Positions 18,052 through 26,699 of a DNA stretch of 64,000 bases are shown in pieces. The notes beneath the pieces are model-generated. The model did not search any database, had not been told where the DNA came from, and was given only the letters and a program-made list of their open reading frames with translations. This DNA comes from an uncultured Collinsella sp. (GTDB lineage Bacteria; Actinomycetota; Coriobacteriia; Coriobacteriales; Coriobacteriaceae): assembly GCA_902464485.1 (NCBI GenBank), contig CABQJJ010000005.1:959-64958 (forward strand), given 5' to 3'. The first letter of the stretch is position 1; every line of letters begins with the position of its first letter. The translations under genes were made by a program, and so were the position numbers.

Positions 18052-19257
18052 TTACACGGCACCATCCGTCATGCGGAGCATGTCGTCCCTCACATCCTCG
18101 AATCCGAGGTGGGTGTACGTGTTGTATGTCACGCTAATGTCCGAGTGCCCCATGATGTACTTGAGCTTCGCGGGGTCCATCCCCTTGCGAGCCATCTTGG
18201 AGCAGAACGTGTGTCGGCATACATGCGGGGTAATCTTGGGAAGCTCCTTCTTGTAGATGCTATTGTGCTTGCGGAGGGAGAGCTGGAAGTACTTCTCCCA
18301 GTGCATCGCAACCTTCGGCATGTCGTTTTTGTCTAGAAGCAGGAATCCGCTCACTCCGTTAACGACGGGCTCGACAGGTGGGTTGGCACGCTTTTGAAGG
18401 ATTGCCTTGAAGCATTCTTTGACTTCCTCGGACATGGGTACGTATCGCTCGCCGCTTTTCGTTTTGGGGCGTTCGATGTAGTACCTCATATCGCTGCCCC
18501 TCTGCAGCTGCTTGTTGACGCGGATGCTTCCGTTTTCGAAGTCGAGGTCAGATTTTGTGAGGCCGCAGAACTCCGAGATGCGCAGCCCCGTGTTGAAGAG
18601 GATGTAGAACGCTTCATAGTATCGCGAGTAATGCTTATCTCCCTTGATGAAATCGAGGAACCTGCGCTCGTCCTGTGGGGACAAGGCCTCGCGCTCAATG
18701 GAGTCATTGACGAGTACGGTGGCAAGCTCGAAGTTGAACGGGTTGCGCCTGATGAGGTCGTCTTCCTCCGCTAGCTGGAAAGCTGGGCGAAGCACTCCTC
18801 GAATGCAATGAATCGCGCTGTAGCTTTTCCCGAGTTCGCCTTGAAGATAGATGAGCCAATTCTTCGCGTCGAGCGTCGTTACATCGCCGATCTTCCTGCT
18901 TCTGAACTCGTCCTTGGCGAGAAAGTTCATAACCGTCTTATAGCCCGCGCGCGTAGTCGGGCGCACCGCCGTCTTGGTCGCGACGTACTTTTCAACCAAT
19001 TCGAGAACGGTCATCCCGCTTGGTGCAACGCGGTCAAACAGATCGCGTTGCACCTGCTTCTCGATTTCGCGGAGGCACGGCCCCGACTTTTTGCCCTTGG
19101 GAGGGAGGTCGTGCGTGGTAAGCGTCCACGAGTACTTGTACTTCGTCTTGCCTTTCACGTCTTTGAACTTGAAATAGTACTGGCCGTTCGGGCGCTGCCC
19201 CTCTCCTTGGCGAAGGATGCGCCCCTTGCTGTCTTTCCTCGTGGGCACTCTTGTCAC
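18052..19257 (-). CDS. int: Tyrosine-type site-specific recombinase/integrase (Tn916/phage-like, with an N-terminal arm-binding-type region)
   Basis: 401 aa with a GTG start after AAGGAGAGGAG. C-terminal HVCRHTFCS...MGHSDISVTYNTYTHL catalytic motifs. Basic N-terminus (GQYYFKFKDVKGKTKYKYSW). Confidence 0.9.
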   Translation of the reverse strand: MTRVPTRKDSKGRILRQGEGQRPNGQYYFKFKDVKGKTKYKYSWTLTTHDLPPKGKKSGPCLREIEKQVQRDLFDRVAPSGMTVLELVEKYVATKTAVRPTTRAGYKTVMNFLAKDEFRSRKIGDVTTLDAKNWLIYLQGELGKSYSAIHCIRGVLRPAFQLAEEDDLIRRNPFNFELATVLVNDSIEREALSPQDERRFLDFIKGDKHYSRYYEAFYILFNTGLRISEFCGLTKSDLDFENGSIRVNKQLQRGSDMRYYIERPKTKSGERYVPMSEEVKECFKAILQKRANPPVEPVVNGVSGFLLLDKNDMPKVAMHWEKYFQLSLRKHNSIYKKELPKITPHVCRHTFCSKMARKGMDPAKLKYIMGHSDISVTYNTYTHLGFEDVRDDMLRMTDGAV

Positions 19258-19272
19258 CTCCTCTCCTTATGG

Positions 19273-19312
19273 ATGTGCCCCGATGCTGCTTCGCTGGTGC
19301 ATCGGGGCACAT
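19273..19312 (-). promoter_or_regulatory. Perfect 14-bp stem-loop between the xis-like ORF and int
   Basis: ATGTGCCCCGATGC (19273-19286), a 12-nt loop, then GCATCGGGGCACAT (19299-19312). On the minus strand it ends 4 nt before the int RBS, and no U-tract follows. Confidence 0.5.
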
Positions 19313-19355
19313 AATTGCTAGTGGTACGGGCTGCGCGGGATTGCTTTCGAGAACC

Positions 19356-19598
19356 CTAGCGACGATTCGTGTTCCAATACAGCAGATCGCTTACAAAGTA
19401 ATAGCGATGAGATGAGTCATAGCAGTGACGAAGATGCGCAGGCCCGATGCCATCACCGCTGTCTACCATCAACTGCAAAAGCCTGGTTGCCCCAAGAAAC
19501 TTCTTTGCCTCCTCTTCGTCAACGACCAACATGGCATTTTCGAGCATGCTGTACACAGAGTTCTCAGACGCATCCTGAACACTTGTCTCCTTGCTCAT
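19356..19598 (-). CDS. Small HTH protein, excisionase-like (putative Xis)
   Basis: ATG 19598 after AAGGAGG; 80 aa. The pattern ...EEEAKKFLG.ATRLLQLMVDSGDGIG...RYYFVSDLLYW resembles excisionase-family HTH proteins. Sits directly upstream of int. Confidence 0.45.
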   Translation of the reverse strand: MSKETSVQDASENSVYSMLENAMLVVDEEEAKKFLGATRLLQLMVDSGDGIGPAHLRHCYDSSHRYYFVSDLLYWNTNRR

Positions 19599-19991
19599 TC
19601 GAGCCTCCTTTTCAATCGGCGTTGCTTGCAACGCAATTTCAATTCGACCCGAGAGTACCCGCACCGTTGCGCATCAGCAAATCGAAAAAACCCTGATAAA
19701 TCAGTATTTTTGTTTGCATCCGTTCATAAATGAGGAGAAAAAAGTCAGTGCTATATTTCGAGATTCACGGGGTCTCCATACGCATGCCCTTCGCCCGTGC
19801 GCATCTCGCTTCGCTCGATGCTCGTGGGTTTATTTGTATGAAGTACGCGGGCGTTGGGCATGGGACTGTCGGCTATGCCGACCGCAGCGCACGCTGCGTC
19901 AGTCCCCCTTATGCCCTTTTGCCTTTTTTGCCCCCGAAGCGTATAGCGGAGGGAGCCAAGGCGATTTCTCCTGATATATGGCGTGAAACGC

Positions 19992-20135
19992 TGTAGAAAA
20001 CAAGGCATGTTTTAGGGGTTGGATCTGTCGAAGATTGCGACAGTTGTAGAAAGCGCTTCGAAAAGCCCCATAAACGGGGCGATCTTCTCGGAGGATTTTC
20101 TACAAGTTCAGGCGTAAAGTGACGACGTGTAGAAA
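19992..20135. repeat. Four iteron-like copies of a GTAGAAA motif in a non-coding tract of the island
   Basis: TGTAGAAA at 19992-19999, 20045-20052 and 20128-20135. An inverted copy TTTCTACA lies at 20097-20104. Copies 2 and 4 share TGTAGAAAGCGC. Confidence 0.6.
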
Positions 20136-20158
20136 GCGCGTCTTGAGTGCGCGCGGAG

Positions 20159-20199
20159 CAAAAAATAAAGGGCGCAGCGATTGTTTTCGCTGCGCCCTT
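20159..20199 (-). terminator. Intrinsic terminator ending the small two-gene unit
   Basis: The 13-bp stem AAGGGCGCAGCGA/TCGCTGCGCCCTT with loop TTGTTT is followed on the minus strand by TTTATTTTT. Confidence 0.8.
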
Positions 20200-20209
20200 C
20201 GGCGTCGTT

Positions 20210-20491
20210 TCAGTCGTAGATTATCGGAGCGGGCACGAGCTGCCAAGCTGTGCCTAGATGATTTACCCCAAGGACGTACAGGTCAAGCTCCTCGTCGTAG
20301 AACACCGGCTCGCCCGTGTGCTCCATGACAAACGACGGGTCCTGTATGATGTACCACTGGAAAATCTCCTCCCACGGCGCCCAGTCCCCGCTCACAAGCT
20401 CAAGCGGGCGTTTTGCCATCTCGTTCGCGAGCACCATTCCGCCGCACGTCTCGGCGAGGTCGGCGTAGGTCTTGATGCCGTAGTCACTCAT
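20210..20491 (-). CDS. Hypothetical small, strongly acidic protein (93 aa)
   Basis: GGAGGAG RBS. The start overlaps the upstream ORF's stop by 8 nt. Many D/E residues and few K/R. I do not recognise the family. Confidence 0.6.
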   Translation of the reverse strand: MSDYGIKTYADLAETCGGMVLANEMAKRPLELVSGDWAPWEEIFQWYIIQDPSFVMEHTGEPVFYDEELDLYVLGVNHLGTAWQLVPAPIIYD

Positions 20492-20834
20492 CGCTCTCCT
20501 CCTCTTCCCGCTCCTCGATTCGCTTGAGGCATTCCGCCACGCAGTAGCGCATGGTGCGCAGGGCCTCGCAGTCGATGCTCTCCGCGAGGATGTCCCCGTC
20601 GAGGACGACCTCGCCCAGAGCGTTCACGAACCGCCACTCCATCACGTTGTCGATGCGCCTGAGCACGTCCTTCAGGGTGCCGCTGTCGCGCATGGGGGCG
20701 TTGCCGTCCACCTTCGCCATGCGCTCAAGCTCCTTGGCCTTCGCCGAGCAGATGCGGGCGGTGCGCCTGAGCACCTGCGCCCTCCACATGGCCTCCTCCT
20801 GGGGGCTGTTGGGTTCAAGACGCTCCTTGTCCAT
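20484..20834 (-). CDS. Hypothetical helical protein with an acidic tail (116 aa)
   Basis: AAGGAGG RBS. Ends ...RIEEREEEESDE. I do not recognise the family. Confidence 0.6.
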   Translation of the reverse strand: MDKERLEPNSPQEEAMWRAQVLRRTARICSAKAKELERMAKVDGNAPMRDSGTLKDVLRRIDNVMEWRFVNALGEVVLDGDILAESIDCEALRTMRYCVAECLKRIEEREEEESDE

Positions 20835-20910
20835 CGTGTACCTCCTTATCTCCGTTTCAGAGGCACCCGACGCCGCAGGCGTCTTTCACGCATGCCCATC
20901 CAAAGCCCAG

Positions 20911-20940
20911 CGAAAGACCTCCGAAAGACCTTCAAAGGTC
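20911..20940. promoter_or_regulatory. Tandem CGAAAGACCT repeat overlapping a GACCTT-CA-AAGGTC palindrome, upstream of the small gene pair
   Basis: CGAAAGACCT at 20911-20920 and 20922-20931. Palindrome at 20927-20940. About 80-100 nt upstream of ATG 20834. Confidence 0.35.
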
Positions 20941-20985
20941 GGTGCGCCGTCGCTGATCCTGTTTCGCGGTATTCCGGAGCATCTG

Positions 20986-21028
20986 GGCAAAAACAAAGGG
21001 GAGCACCCGTTATACGGATGCTCCCCTT
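20986..21028 (-). terminator. Intrinsic terminator after the 386-aa membrane-anchored protein gene
   Basis: Stem AAGGGGAGCA/TGCTCCCCTT with an inner CCGT/ACGG extension. The minus strand continues TTGTTTTTG. Confidence 0.7.
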
Positions 21029-21122
21029 GTTTGGGAAACGGACACCTGCACGCGACCGGAGGGAGCGCGCGGGTCTGTGAGGGCTATGCCCGAACACAGT
21101 ACGTGCCGTGATGGTTTCGTCG

Positions 21123-22283
21123 TTACTGACGAGCACCGCACGAACTGCAATACACGTAGTCCACGTAGTCCTCGTAGTAACCGTGGTCTTCCTGATGGGA
21201 ACCGACCTGAACCTGCACGGTCTTTTTGATGTTCTGGTAGCTGGAGTAATCCACGCCGTTGTACAGGCCGTTCTCGTCGGCGTTACGCAGGGCGTTGACG
21301 ATGATGGCATTGAGGTCGTCCCGCGTGAATCCGTTCTCGAACCAGTACTCCGGTCCTTTTGCGATGTATTGGCCGGGAGTGCCGGTTGGGACATAGAAAC
21401 GCGCTCCGTAGACTGTCTGCGTCTCGTAGTCGGGGACCGTCACCATGTTGGATACCCATCTCTGCGCGGTGTGCTGTGTCCACGAATGCTGGTGGGCAGG
21501 CGTGCTCGGCTTGTGGGAACCGCCGGCGTTTCCAGAGTTGGAGTTTCCGGTGTTGGAGCCGGAAGCGTTGGCGTTTCCGCCGGAAGGCTTGTCGGCGGGC
21601 TTGCCGATGGTGTCGGCGGGCTTGCCGTCGATATCGACACCCTCATCGGCCTTGGATGCGTTCTCCTTCGTCTCGTCGGAGACGTTCGGGTTGGCGCTCA
21701 CGTTACCGTCGAGCTTGTCGAGGATGCCAGTGCCCGCATCGCCCTTCAAGGTCACGTCGCCGTTCTTGATGGCGTCCTTGGTCTTGTTGACGATGTCCGC
21801 GAGCATATCGTCGGTGACCTTGTCAGCGGGAATCTGCGCCATAGGGCAGTTGATGGCAGGCGCGGTCTTCGCGTCGGCGTCGACGGTGATGTCGACGGGA
21901 GCGCCCGTGTCGTAGATGTCGAAGGCGGAACCGTCGGAGTTGACGGGGCTGACGAAGCTCACGGTGTAGTCGCCCTCGGCGAGTGCGACCGTGGAAGTGC
22001 CCTTGTTGCCCTCGGCATCGGGGGTCACCGCGTGGTAGAAGTCCACATCGTCGCCCTCGATATGGGCGATGGCGGGCGTGGAGTTCTCGTCCCAGCCGTG
22101 GTCGGCCGTGACGTTGAGGGTCACATCGACAGTTCTTGACTCCTGCTGTTCTGGTTGTTGCCCGGACGTTGCGAACGCTCCACTTGCCATGGCTATCGCA
22201 ACAACGATCGCAACAACGATCGCAGCGGCTATCGCTGCGGCTTGGGGCTTATGCGAGCGCGCCCACTGGGATAATCCGTTCAT
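21123..22283 (-). CDS. Membrane-anchored extracytoplasmic protein of unknown function (N-terminal TM, GDY beta-rich domain, G/N/S-rich linker, C-terminal His/Tyr-rich domain)
   Basis: 386 aa with AAGGGGGA RBS. TM segment AAIAAAIVVAIVVAIAMA. Motif LAEGDYTVSFVSPVNSDGSAF is shared with ORFs 24336..25388 and 37964..38830. Confidence 0.7.
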   Translation of the reverse strand: MNGLSQWARSHKPQAAAIAAAIVVAIVVAIAMASGAFATSGQQPEQQESRTVDVTLNVTADHGWDENSTPAIAHIEGDDVDFYHAVTPDAEGNKGTSTVALAEGDYTVSFVSPVNSDGSAFDIYDTGAPVDITVDADAKTAPAINCPMAQIPADKVTDDMLADIVNKTKDAIKNGDVTLKGDAGTGILDKLDGNVSANPNVSDETKENASKADEGVDIDGKPADTIGKPADKPSGGNANASGSNTGNSNSGNAGGSHKPSTPAHQHSWTQHTAQRWVSNMVTVPDYETQTVYGARFYVPTGTPGQYIAKGPEYWFENGFTRDDLNAIIVNALRNADENGLYNGVDYSSYQNIKKTVQVQVGSHQEDHGYYEDYVDYVYCSSCGARQ

Positions 22284-22346
22284 TATCCATCCCCCTTTCT
22301 TTCATGGTGGTTTCGAGTTACCTCGTTATGTCAACCGCGTCATTAC

Positions 22347-23135
22347 CTAGCGCTTTCCCATCGCGCGAGCCATCCAGTCGAGGTTGCCGCTCGCACTGGC
22401 GGTGTTCGCGTTGATCTGCTGAGCCTGATTGAGAATCTGCCCCTGCATGAACAGGTTGCCTATCTGCAGCATGTTGCCGATGCGCTGCTGGTTGAGAATC
22501 TGCTGCTGGCCCGCTTCCATACGGCGCTGGTGCATCTCGGTCTCGTAGAGGTTGACCATCTCCTGTACGGTGGTGGCGCGATGGTTGCGCACGGCGGCGA
22601 GGAAGAAATCCACGGCTTCGATGCTGTCGTAATCCATGGGGTACCACGGGGCGACCTGCGAAGCCCATTGCTGCTGTACGGCGAAAATCTCCTGCTTGGT
22701 TTGCTCGATGCTCTGGGCTAGGGCCTGGTTGTTGGCTTCAACTTGTTGGTTGCTTTGGTCAATCGCGGCATTTATCTGGGAGCGGCTTTTGTCCGCTGTC
22801 TTCGCTATGACCTTGTATAGAATCGCACCGATGATAGCTGAGACGATGAGGTTCACGACGTTCCAGACCGTCGTCTGAAGCTCCATACCCCCAATTGGGA
22901 AAAACGGCATGGTGACAGGGAATGTGAGCACCCTCAATGGGGTGCTCGTGATAAGCGTGAACGCGATAAGGAAGCCCCCGATTGCATAGAGAACAGGGTG
23001 CCTTTTAGTCTTCTTTTCCGTCTTGGTGGCAAACTGAGTGGTGAGCTGGTTGATGCGCTGCTGAAGGGCAACCACCCTATGCATCAAATCGTGCGCCGTG
23101 GCAACGCCTGGCAACAAACTTGCCTGTTCCTCCAT
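22347..23135 (-). CDS. Two-TM coiled-coil, Gln-rich protein of unknown family (intact paralog)
   Basis: 262 aa with AAAGGAG RBS. Hydrophobic segments VLYAIGGFLIAFTLITS and VWNVVNLIVSAIIGAILYKVIA. Q/N-rich C-terminal half. The paralog lies at 26700-27503. Confidence 0.7.
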   Translation of the reverse strand: MEEQASLLPGVATAHDLMHRVVALQQRINQLTTQFATKTEKKTKRHPVLYAIGGFLIAFTLITSTPLRVLTFPVTMPFFPIGGMELQTTVWNVVNLIVSAIIGAILYKVIAKTADKSRSQINAAIDQSNQQVEANNQALAQSIEQTKQEIFAVQQQWASQVAPWYPMDYDSIEAVDFFLAAVRNHRATTVQEMVNLYETEMHQRRMEAGQQQILNQQRIGNMLQIGNLFMQGQILNQAQQINANTASASGNLDWMARAMGKR

Positions 23136-23204
23136 GTTTGCTCCTTTCTATTTCACGGATATAGCCCGAGCTGCCATCGGGCTATATCCGTGCGTATCTA
23201 CTGC

Positions 23205-24191
23205 CTAGTCCACCTCTATCCCTTCGGTATCGGGGGTGTCCCACGTGAAGCCCGCGTGCCCCTCGTTCACGACGGTGGCGAGGCCGGAGTAACCGCCGAA
23301 GGTCGTGCCATAGACGGTCTGGGTGGTCGAGTAGGTGGGTGACCAGAGTTCGATGGACTTTTTGGTCGAGCTGAACGCGCTGTCGGGGATCTCGGCATTA
23401 TTGTCCCAGCCGTAGTCTATTAAAATGCGAAAGCGTGTTCTGTCGCTTGTTAGGTCGCTTTCATCCGCATTGATGTTTGCTTGGTAGAAGGAGAACTCTG
23501 CGAGCTGGAAAACAAGCGACTCGTTCGCCGCCGCATTACCGCTGCCATCTGTTTCGAGACGGAGCGTATAGGGCTTCGCCTCGGGTTCTTGATAGGCGGC
23601 AGCTTTATTGAATGCCTGTCCTTTGTTTGCAGCGTCGAGAGCATCCTGCGTGTTGTCCAACGTGGTCTGGTATGTCTCGACGATCTGGGCTCGGTCTTCC
23701 TCGGGCGCATTCTCGATGCCATAGTCTCCGTAGTAGTTTGTCGAGTCGTACGTACCGGCGTCCGCCTCTGCCTTCAATGTGTCATAGCATTGCTGCCACG
23801 CTTGGATAGCTTCATCGGTGGCATCGATTGCCGCCTGCTTCGCGGCATCGAAGGCTGCTTCGTCCTGCTGCTTTGCCAGCTCGACGATTTCATCGTCGGA
23901 CAGACCGTCGAGGTCGCCAAAGGTCAGACTCTCGCACTGGTAGCTCGCAACGTTGCCGTTCCCGTCGAAGGATAGGACTTCCTCGATTGCCACGTCCTTT
24001 CCTAGCTGCTTGTCGCCGTCGTAGACCATCCACACGCCCGCCTGGCCGAAAGCCTGCGAAGCAGGCACGGGCTCGCTCGCGTTCTTGACGCCTTTGCCTG
24101 AACCGCTACATCCAGTCAGCCCAAGGCCCGCGACGGCAACTGTCCCGATACCGAATAGCTTGAGCGCGTTTCTCCTCGTGTACTGCTTCAT
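23205..24191 (-). CDS. Secreted lipoprotein of unknown function (Tat-like signal plus lipobox)
   Basis: MKQYTRRNALKLFGIGTVAVAGLGLTGCSG: a twin-Arg motif followed by the LTGC lipobox. AAAGGAG RBS. Confidence 0.7.
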   Translation of the reverse strand: MKQYTRRNALKLFGIGTVAVAGLGLTGCSGSGKGVKNASEPVPASQAFGQAGVWMVYDGDKQLGKDVAIEEVLSFDGNGNVASYQCESLTFGDLDGLSDDEIVELAKQQDEAAFDAAKQAAIDATDEAIQAWQQCYDTLKAEADAGTYDSTNYYGDYGIENAPEEDRAQIVETYQTTLDNTQDALDAANKGQAFNKAAAYQEPEAKPYTLRLETDGSGNAAANESLVFQLAEFSFYQANINADESDLTSDRTRFRILIDYGWDNNAEIPDSAFSSTKKSIELWSPTYSTTQTVYGTTFGGYSGLATVVNEGHAGFTWDTPDTEGIEVD

Positions 24192-24335
24192 GGTTGTTTT
24201 CTCCTTTTGCGTTCGCTTGCTTTGTCGATTTAGCTTGTTGCTCGATGCTTTCCCGTCGGCTTTGATGGGAAGGGGGCAAGTCGAACGACTGCCCCGGTAA
24301 AGATTCCGGAGCCGTTCGGCTTGTCCCTATGCAAC

Positions 24336-25388
24336 TTATTGTTGTTGTTGGCTTTCCTGCTGTGCCTTGAGCCACTCTCTCGCGTTGAGCTGATCCTGGA
24401 ATTGGGAGTTCGTCATGCCGTCGCCGCGGACGGAGTTGGGATCGTTCGGGTCCCATGACTTGGTGAGCCCGATCGTCAGATACTTCTCCAGGCCGTCTCC
24501 CGCCCCGTTGCCGACATATACGTTCAGTCCGGTGCCGGTCGCGCCGAGTTCCTGCGTGCCGTATACCGGCCACGGGTTATCTTTCGCAACGGCGATGCAG
24601 ATTGCGCCGCCGTAGTCGTTGGCCGGTTTGTGCGAAATCTGCCACGTGTGGTCGTCTAGCTGGGTCACGCTCCACTCGTTCTGCTTCCAATCGGACGGCA
24701 CGTCCACGTAGAAGTAGTCGGTCGTGAACGAATGGCCACCGCTGGATGCCTGGTCCGTTGACGTCTGCTCGCTCTCGGAAGTGCTCGCCTCGGTGCTCTT
24801 ATTCGCCTCGTCGGTCTTTTTCTCTTCCTCGGCCTTCTTGGCCGCCACGGCGTCGTCCCTGCGTTTTTGTGCCTTCTCTTTGAGCTTGTCGAGCTTTGAC
24901 GAGCTTATGCCGCTGTCCTTTGCTGCCTTATATGCCGCATCGATCTGCGCGTCCGTCACCTCTTCTGCGGGGACAGGCTTGATGGTGATTTCCTTCTTGA
25001 CGTTGACTTTGCCGTCCTTGTCGATGCTGACCTTCGTGGACGCGCCCTTGGTGTCGTAGATGGTTCCGTCCGCCGCGATGGGTGACGCCTCGATCGCAAG
25101 GCGGTAATCTCCCGGCCTGAGGGCGATGTCCGAAGAGTCCGACCCCGCGTGGAACACGCTGTCCACACTGTTGCCCGAGGAGTCCTTTCCGGTGGCATGG
25201 ATGGTGATCTTCGTGCCCTTTCGCGTGTCAAGCCCTTCGGCGTTTACGACGAGGGGAACGCCGTAGGTCTTGGACACCTGCGCCGAGAGATATAGATAGG
25301 CGCCTCCGCAGCAGATGGCGACCACCGCCGCGATACCTATCGCCACCCACAGTGCCGCCCGCTTCTTTTTGCCGGATCTGTCAGCCAT
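24336..25388 (-). CDS. Membrane-anchored extracytoplasmic protein of unknown function (GDY domain, charged coiled-coil, C-terminal domain)
   Basis: 350 aa. TM segment LWVAIGIAAVVAICCGGAYLYL. Motif LRPGDYRLAIEASPIAADGTIY. Confidence 0.7.
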   Translation of the reverse strand: MADRSGKKKRAALWVAIGIAAVVAICCGGAYLYLSAQVSKTYGVPLVVNAEGLDTRKGTKITIHATGKDSSGNSVDSVFHAGSDSSDIALRPGDYRLAIEASPIAADGTIYDTKGASTKVSIDKDGKVNVKKEITIKPVPAEEVTDAQIDAAYKAAKDSGISSSKLDKLKEKAQKRRDDAVAAKKAEEEKKTDEANKSTEASTSESEQTSTDQASSGGHSFTTDYFYVDVPSDWKQNEWSVTQLDDHTWQISHKPANDYGGAICIAVAKDNPWPVYGTQELGATGTGLNVYVGNGAGDGLEKYLTIGLTKSWDPNDPNSVRGDGMTNSQFQDQLNAREWLKAQQESQQQQ

Positions 25389-25436
25389 CTTTTATCCCGC
25401 TTCCTTCCTCCGTGATGTCTGTTCGCTCTTGAGAAA

Positions 25437-26651
25437 TTACTTTGAGGCGCGCATACGCTCCATGAAGACGCCGGCCGAGATGAGCGCCAAGGATACTGCG
25501 AGCGTTGCGAGGAAGGGGAGGATGTTGTCACCCGTCTTGGGCAGCTCGCCGTTCTTGGCATCGGTTTTTGCGTTCGAGCCATTCGAGCCGTTTGCCTGCG
25601 CTTGCTTTTTCTGCTCGGTCGACGTCCCGAGGGCAGCGACGGTCTCGGTCTTGGTGGCGCCGCATTTGGTGCAGGTGTAGGTGAGCACGCCCTCCTTCGT
25701 CGCGGTGGGCTCGGTAGTCACGGTGCCCTTGTCCCATGTGTGGTCGGTCGCCGCGATCTCGCGCGTCTGGACGGCCCCGCAGATATCGCATGTCAGCTGC
25801 TCCTGCCCGGGCGCGGTGCAGGTCGCGGGGGTCGTGACCTTCCAAGTACCTTCGTGCGCGTCGCCGTCGATGGCATGGAACTCAACGGTGTTCACGCCGA
25901 CCTCCTGACGCCACTTCGCATAGCGCTCCGCCTCGGTCCCCTTGTAGCCGATGATGCGGCAGTTGAGAATGGGCGTCGAATGGATGGCCGTGACGGATTT
26001 GGGGATCCAGACATTCTTGAGGCTGTCGCATTGGTTGAGGAACTGGTCGGGGATCTCGGTCACGCCCTCCTCGACATGCACGTTCTCAAGGCTGGTGCAG
26101 CCGTAGAACTGCGCGTTGCCGCCGCCGCCCCATGTGGAACCGGAGGGAATGGTCACCGAGGTGAGCTTCTTGCAGTAGACGAAGACATCGGAATGCCAGT
26201 CGACGTTTGCGGGCAGCTTGATCTCGGTGAATCCCGCATTCTGGAACGCGCAGTTCCACACGCGCTCCAGCCCATCGTTCAGATGGACCTCGGTGAGGCT
26301 AGGGTTGTCCGCGAATGCGGAGACCCTGATGGTCTTCACCGTGGAGGACAGCGTCACCTTATGCAGGTTGCTGTACTGGACGCTACCGTACGAGGCGAAC
26401 GCGGTGCCGGGGATTTCCGTGACGCCCTCGGCAACCTTGACCTCTGTGATCTGCGAGGCGTACTGCGTCCAGTCATATGTGGTTGCCGTGGGGATGTCCG
26501 CCGTCAACGTGAGCACGCCGTCGTTGAGTGTCCAGCCGTTGCCGCTGATTTCCTCGGCATAGGCGCCGCGCGCGCCGGACAGCAGTGCTACGCACAGGGC
26601 GAACACGCCCGCGAGGGTCAGCACCCCTCTTTTCCATGTCGTTGATTTCAT
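25437..26651 (-). CDS. LPXTG-anchored cell-wall surface protein with BspA-type leucine-rich repeats
   Basis: Signal peptide ...ARGAYA. Repeated LRR-like units (VTEIPGTAF, LTEVHLNDGLERVWNCAFQN, LTSVTIP...). C-terminal LPKTG, then a hydrophobic segment and an RMRASK tail. Confidence 0.85.
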   Translation of the reverse strand: MKSTTWKRGVLTLAGVFALCVALLSGARGAYAEEISGNGWTLNDGVLTLTADIPTATTYDWTQYASQITEVKVAEGVTEIPGTAFASYGSVQYSNLHKVTLSSTVKTIRVSAFADNPSLTEVHLNDGLERVWNCAFQNAGFTEIKLPANVDWHSDVFVYCKKLTSVTIPSGSTWGGGGNAQFYGCTSLENVHVEEGVTEIPDQFLNQCDSLKNVWIPKSVTAIHSTPILNCRIIGYKGTEAERYAKWRQEVGVNTVEFHAIDGDAHEGTWKVTTPATCTAPGQEQLTCDICGAVQTREIAATDHTWDKGTVTTEPTATKEGVLTYTCTKCGATKTETVAALGTSTEQKKQAQANGSNGSNAKTDAKNGELPKTGDNILPFLATLAVSLALISAGVFMERMRASK

Positions 26652-26699
26652 CTTCCCTTTTCCTTTCTTTTGGGTTTACGTTTTCGTTAAATCGGCCGG

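Noticed and set aside
19730-19996. 88-aa plus-strand ORF and 85-aa minus-strand ORF (19751..20008) in the island's non-coding tract
   Set aside because: Neither has an RBS. Both have odd composition (Arg/Cys/Pro-rich), they overlap each other, and they run through the repeat and stem-loop region. They are more likely non-coding.
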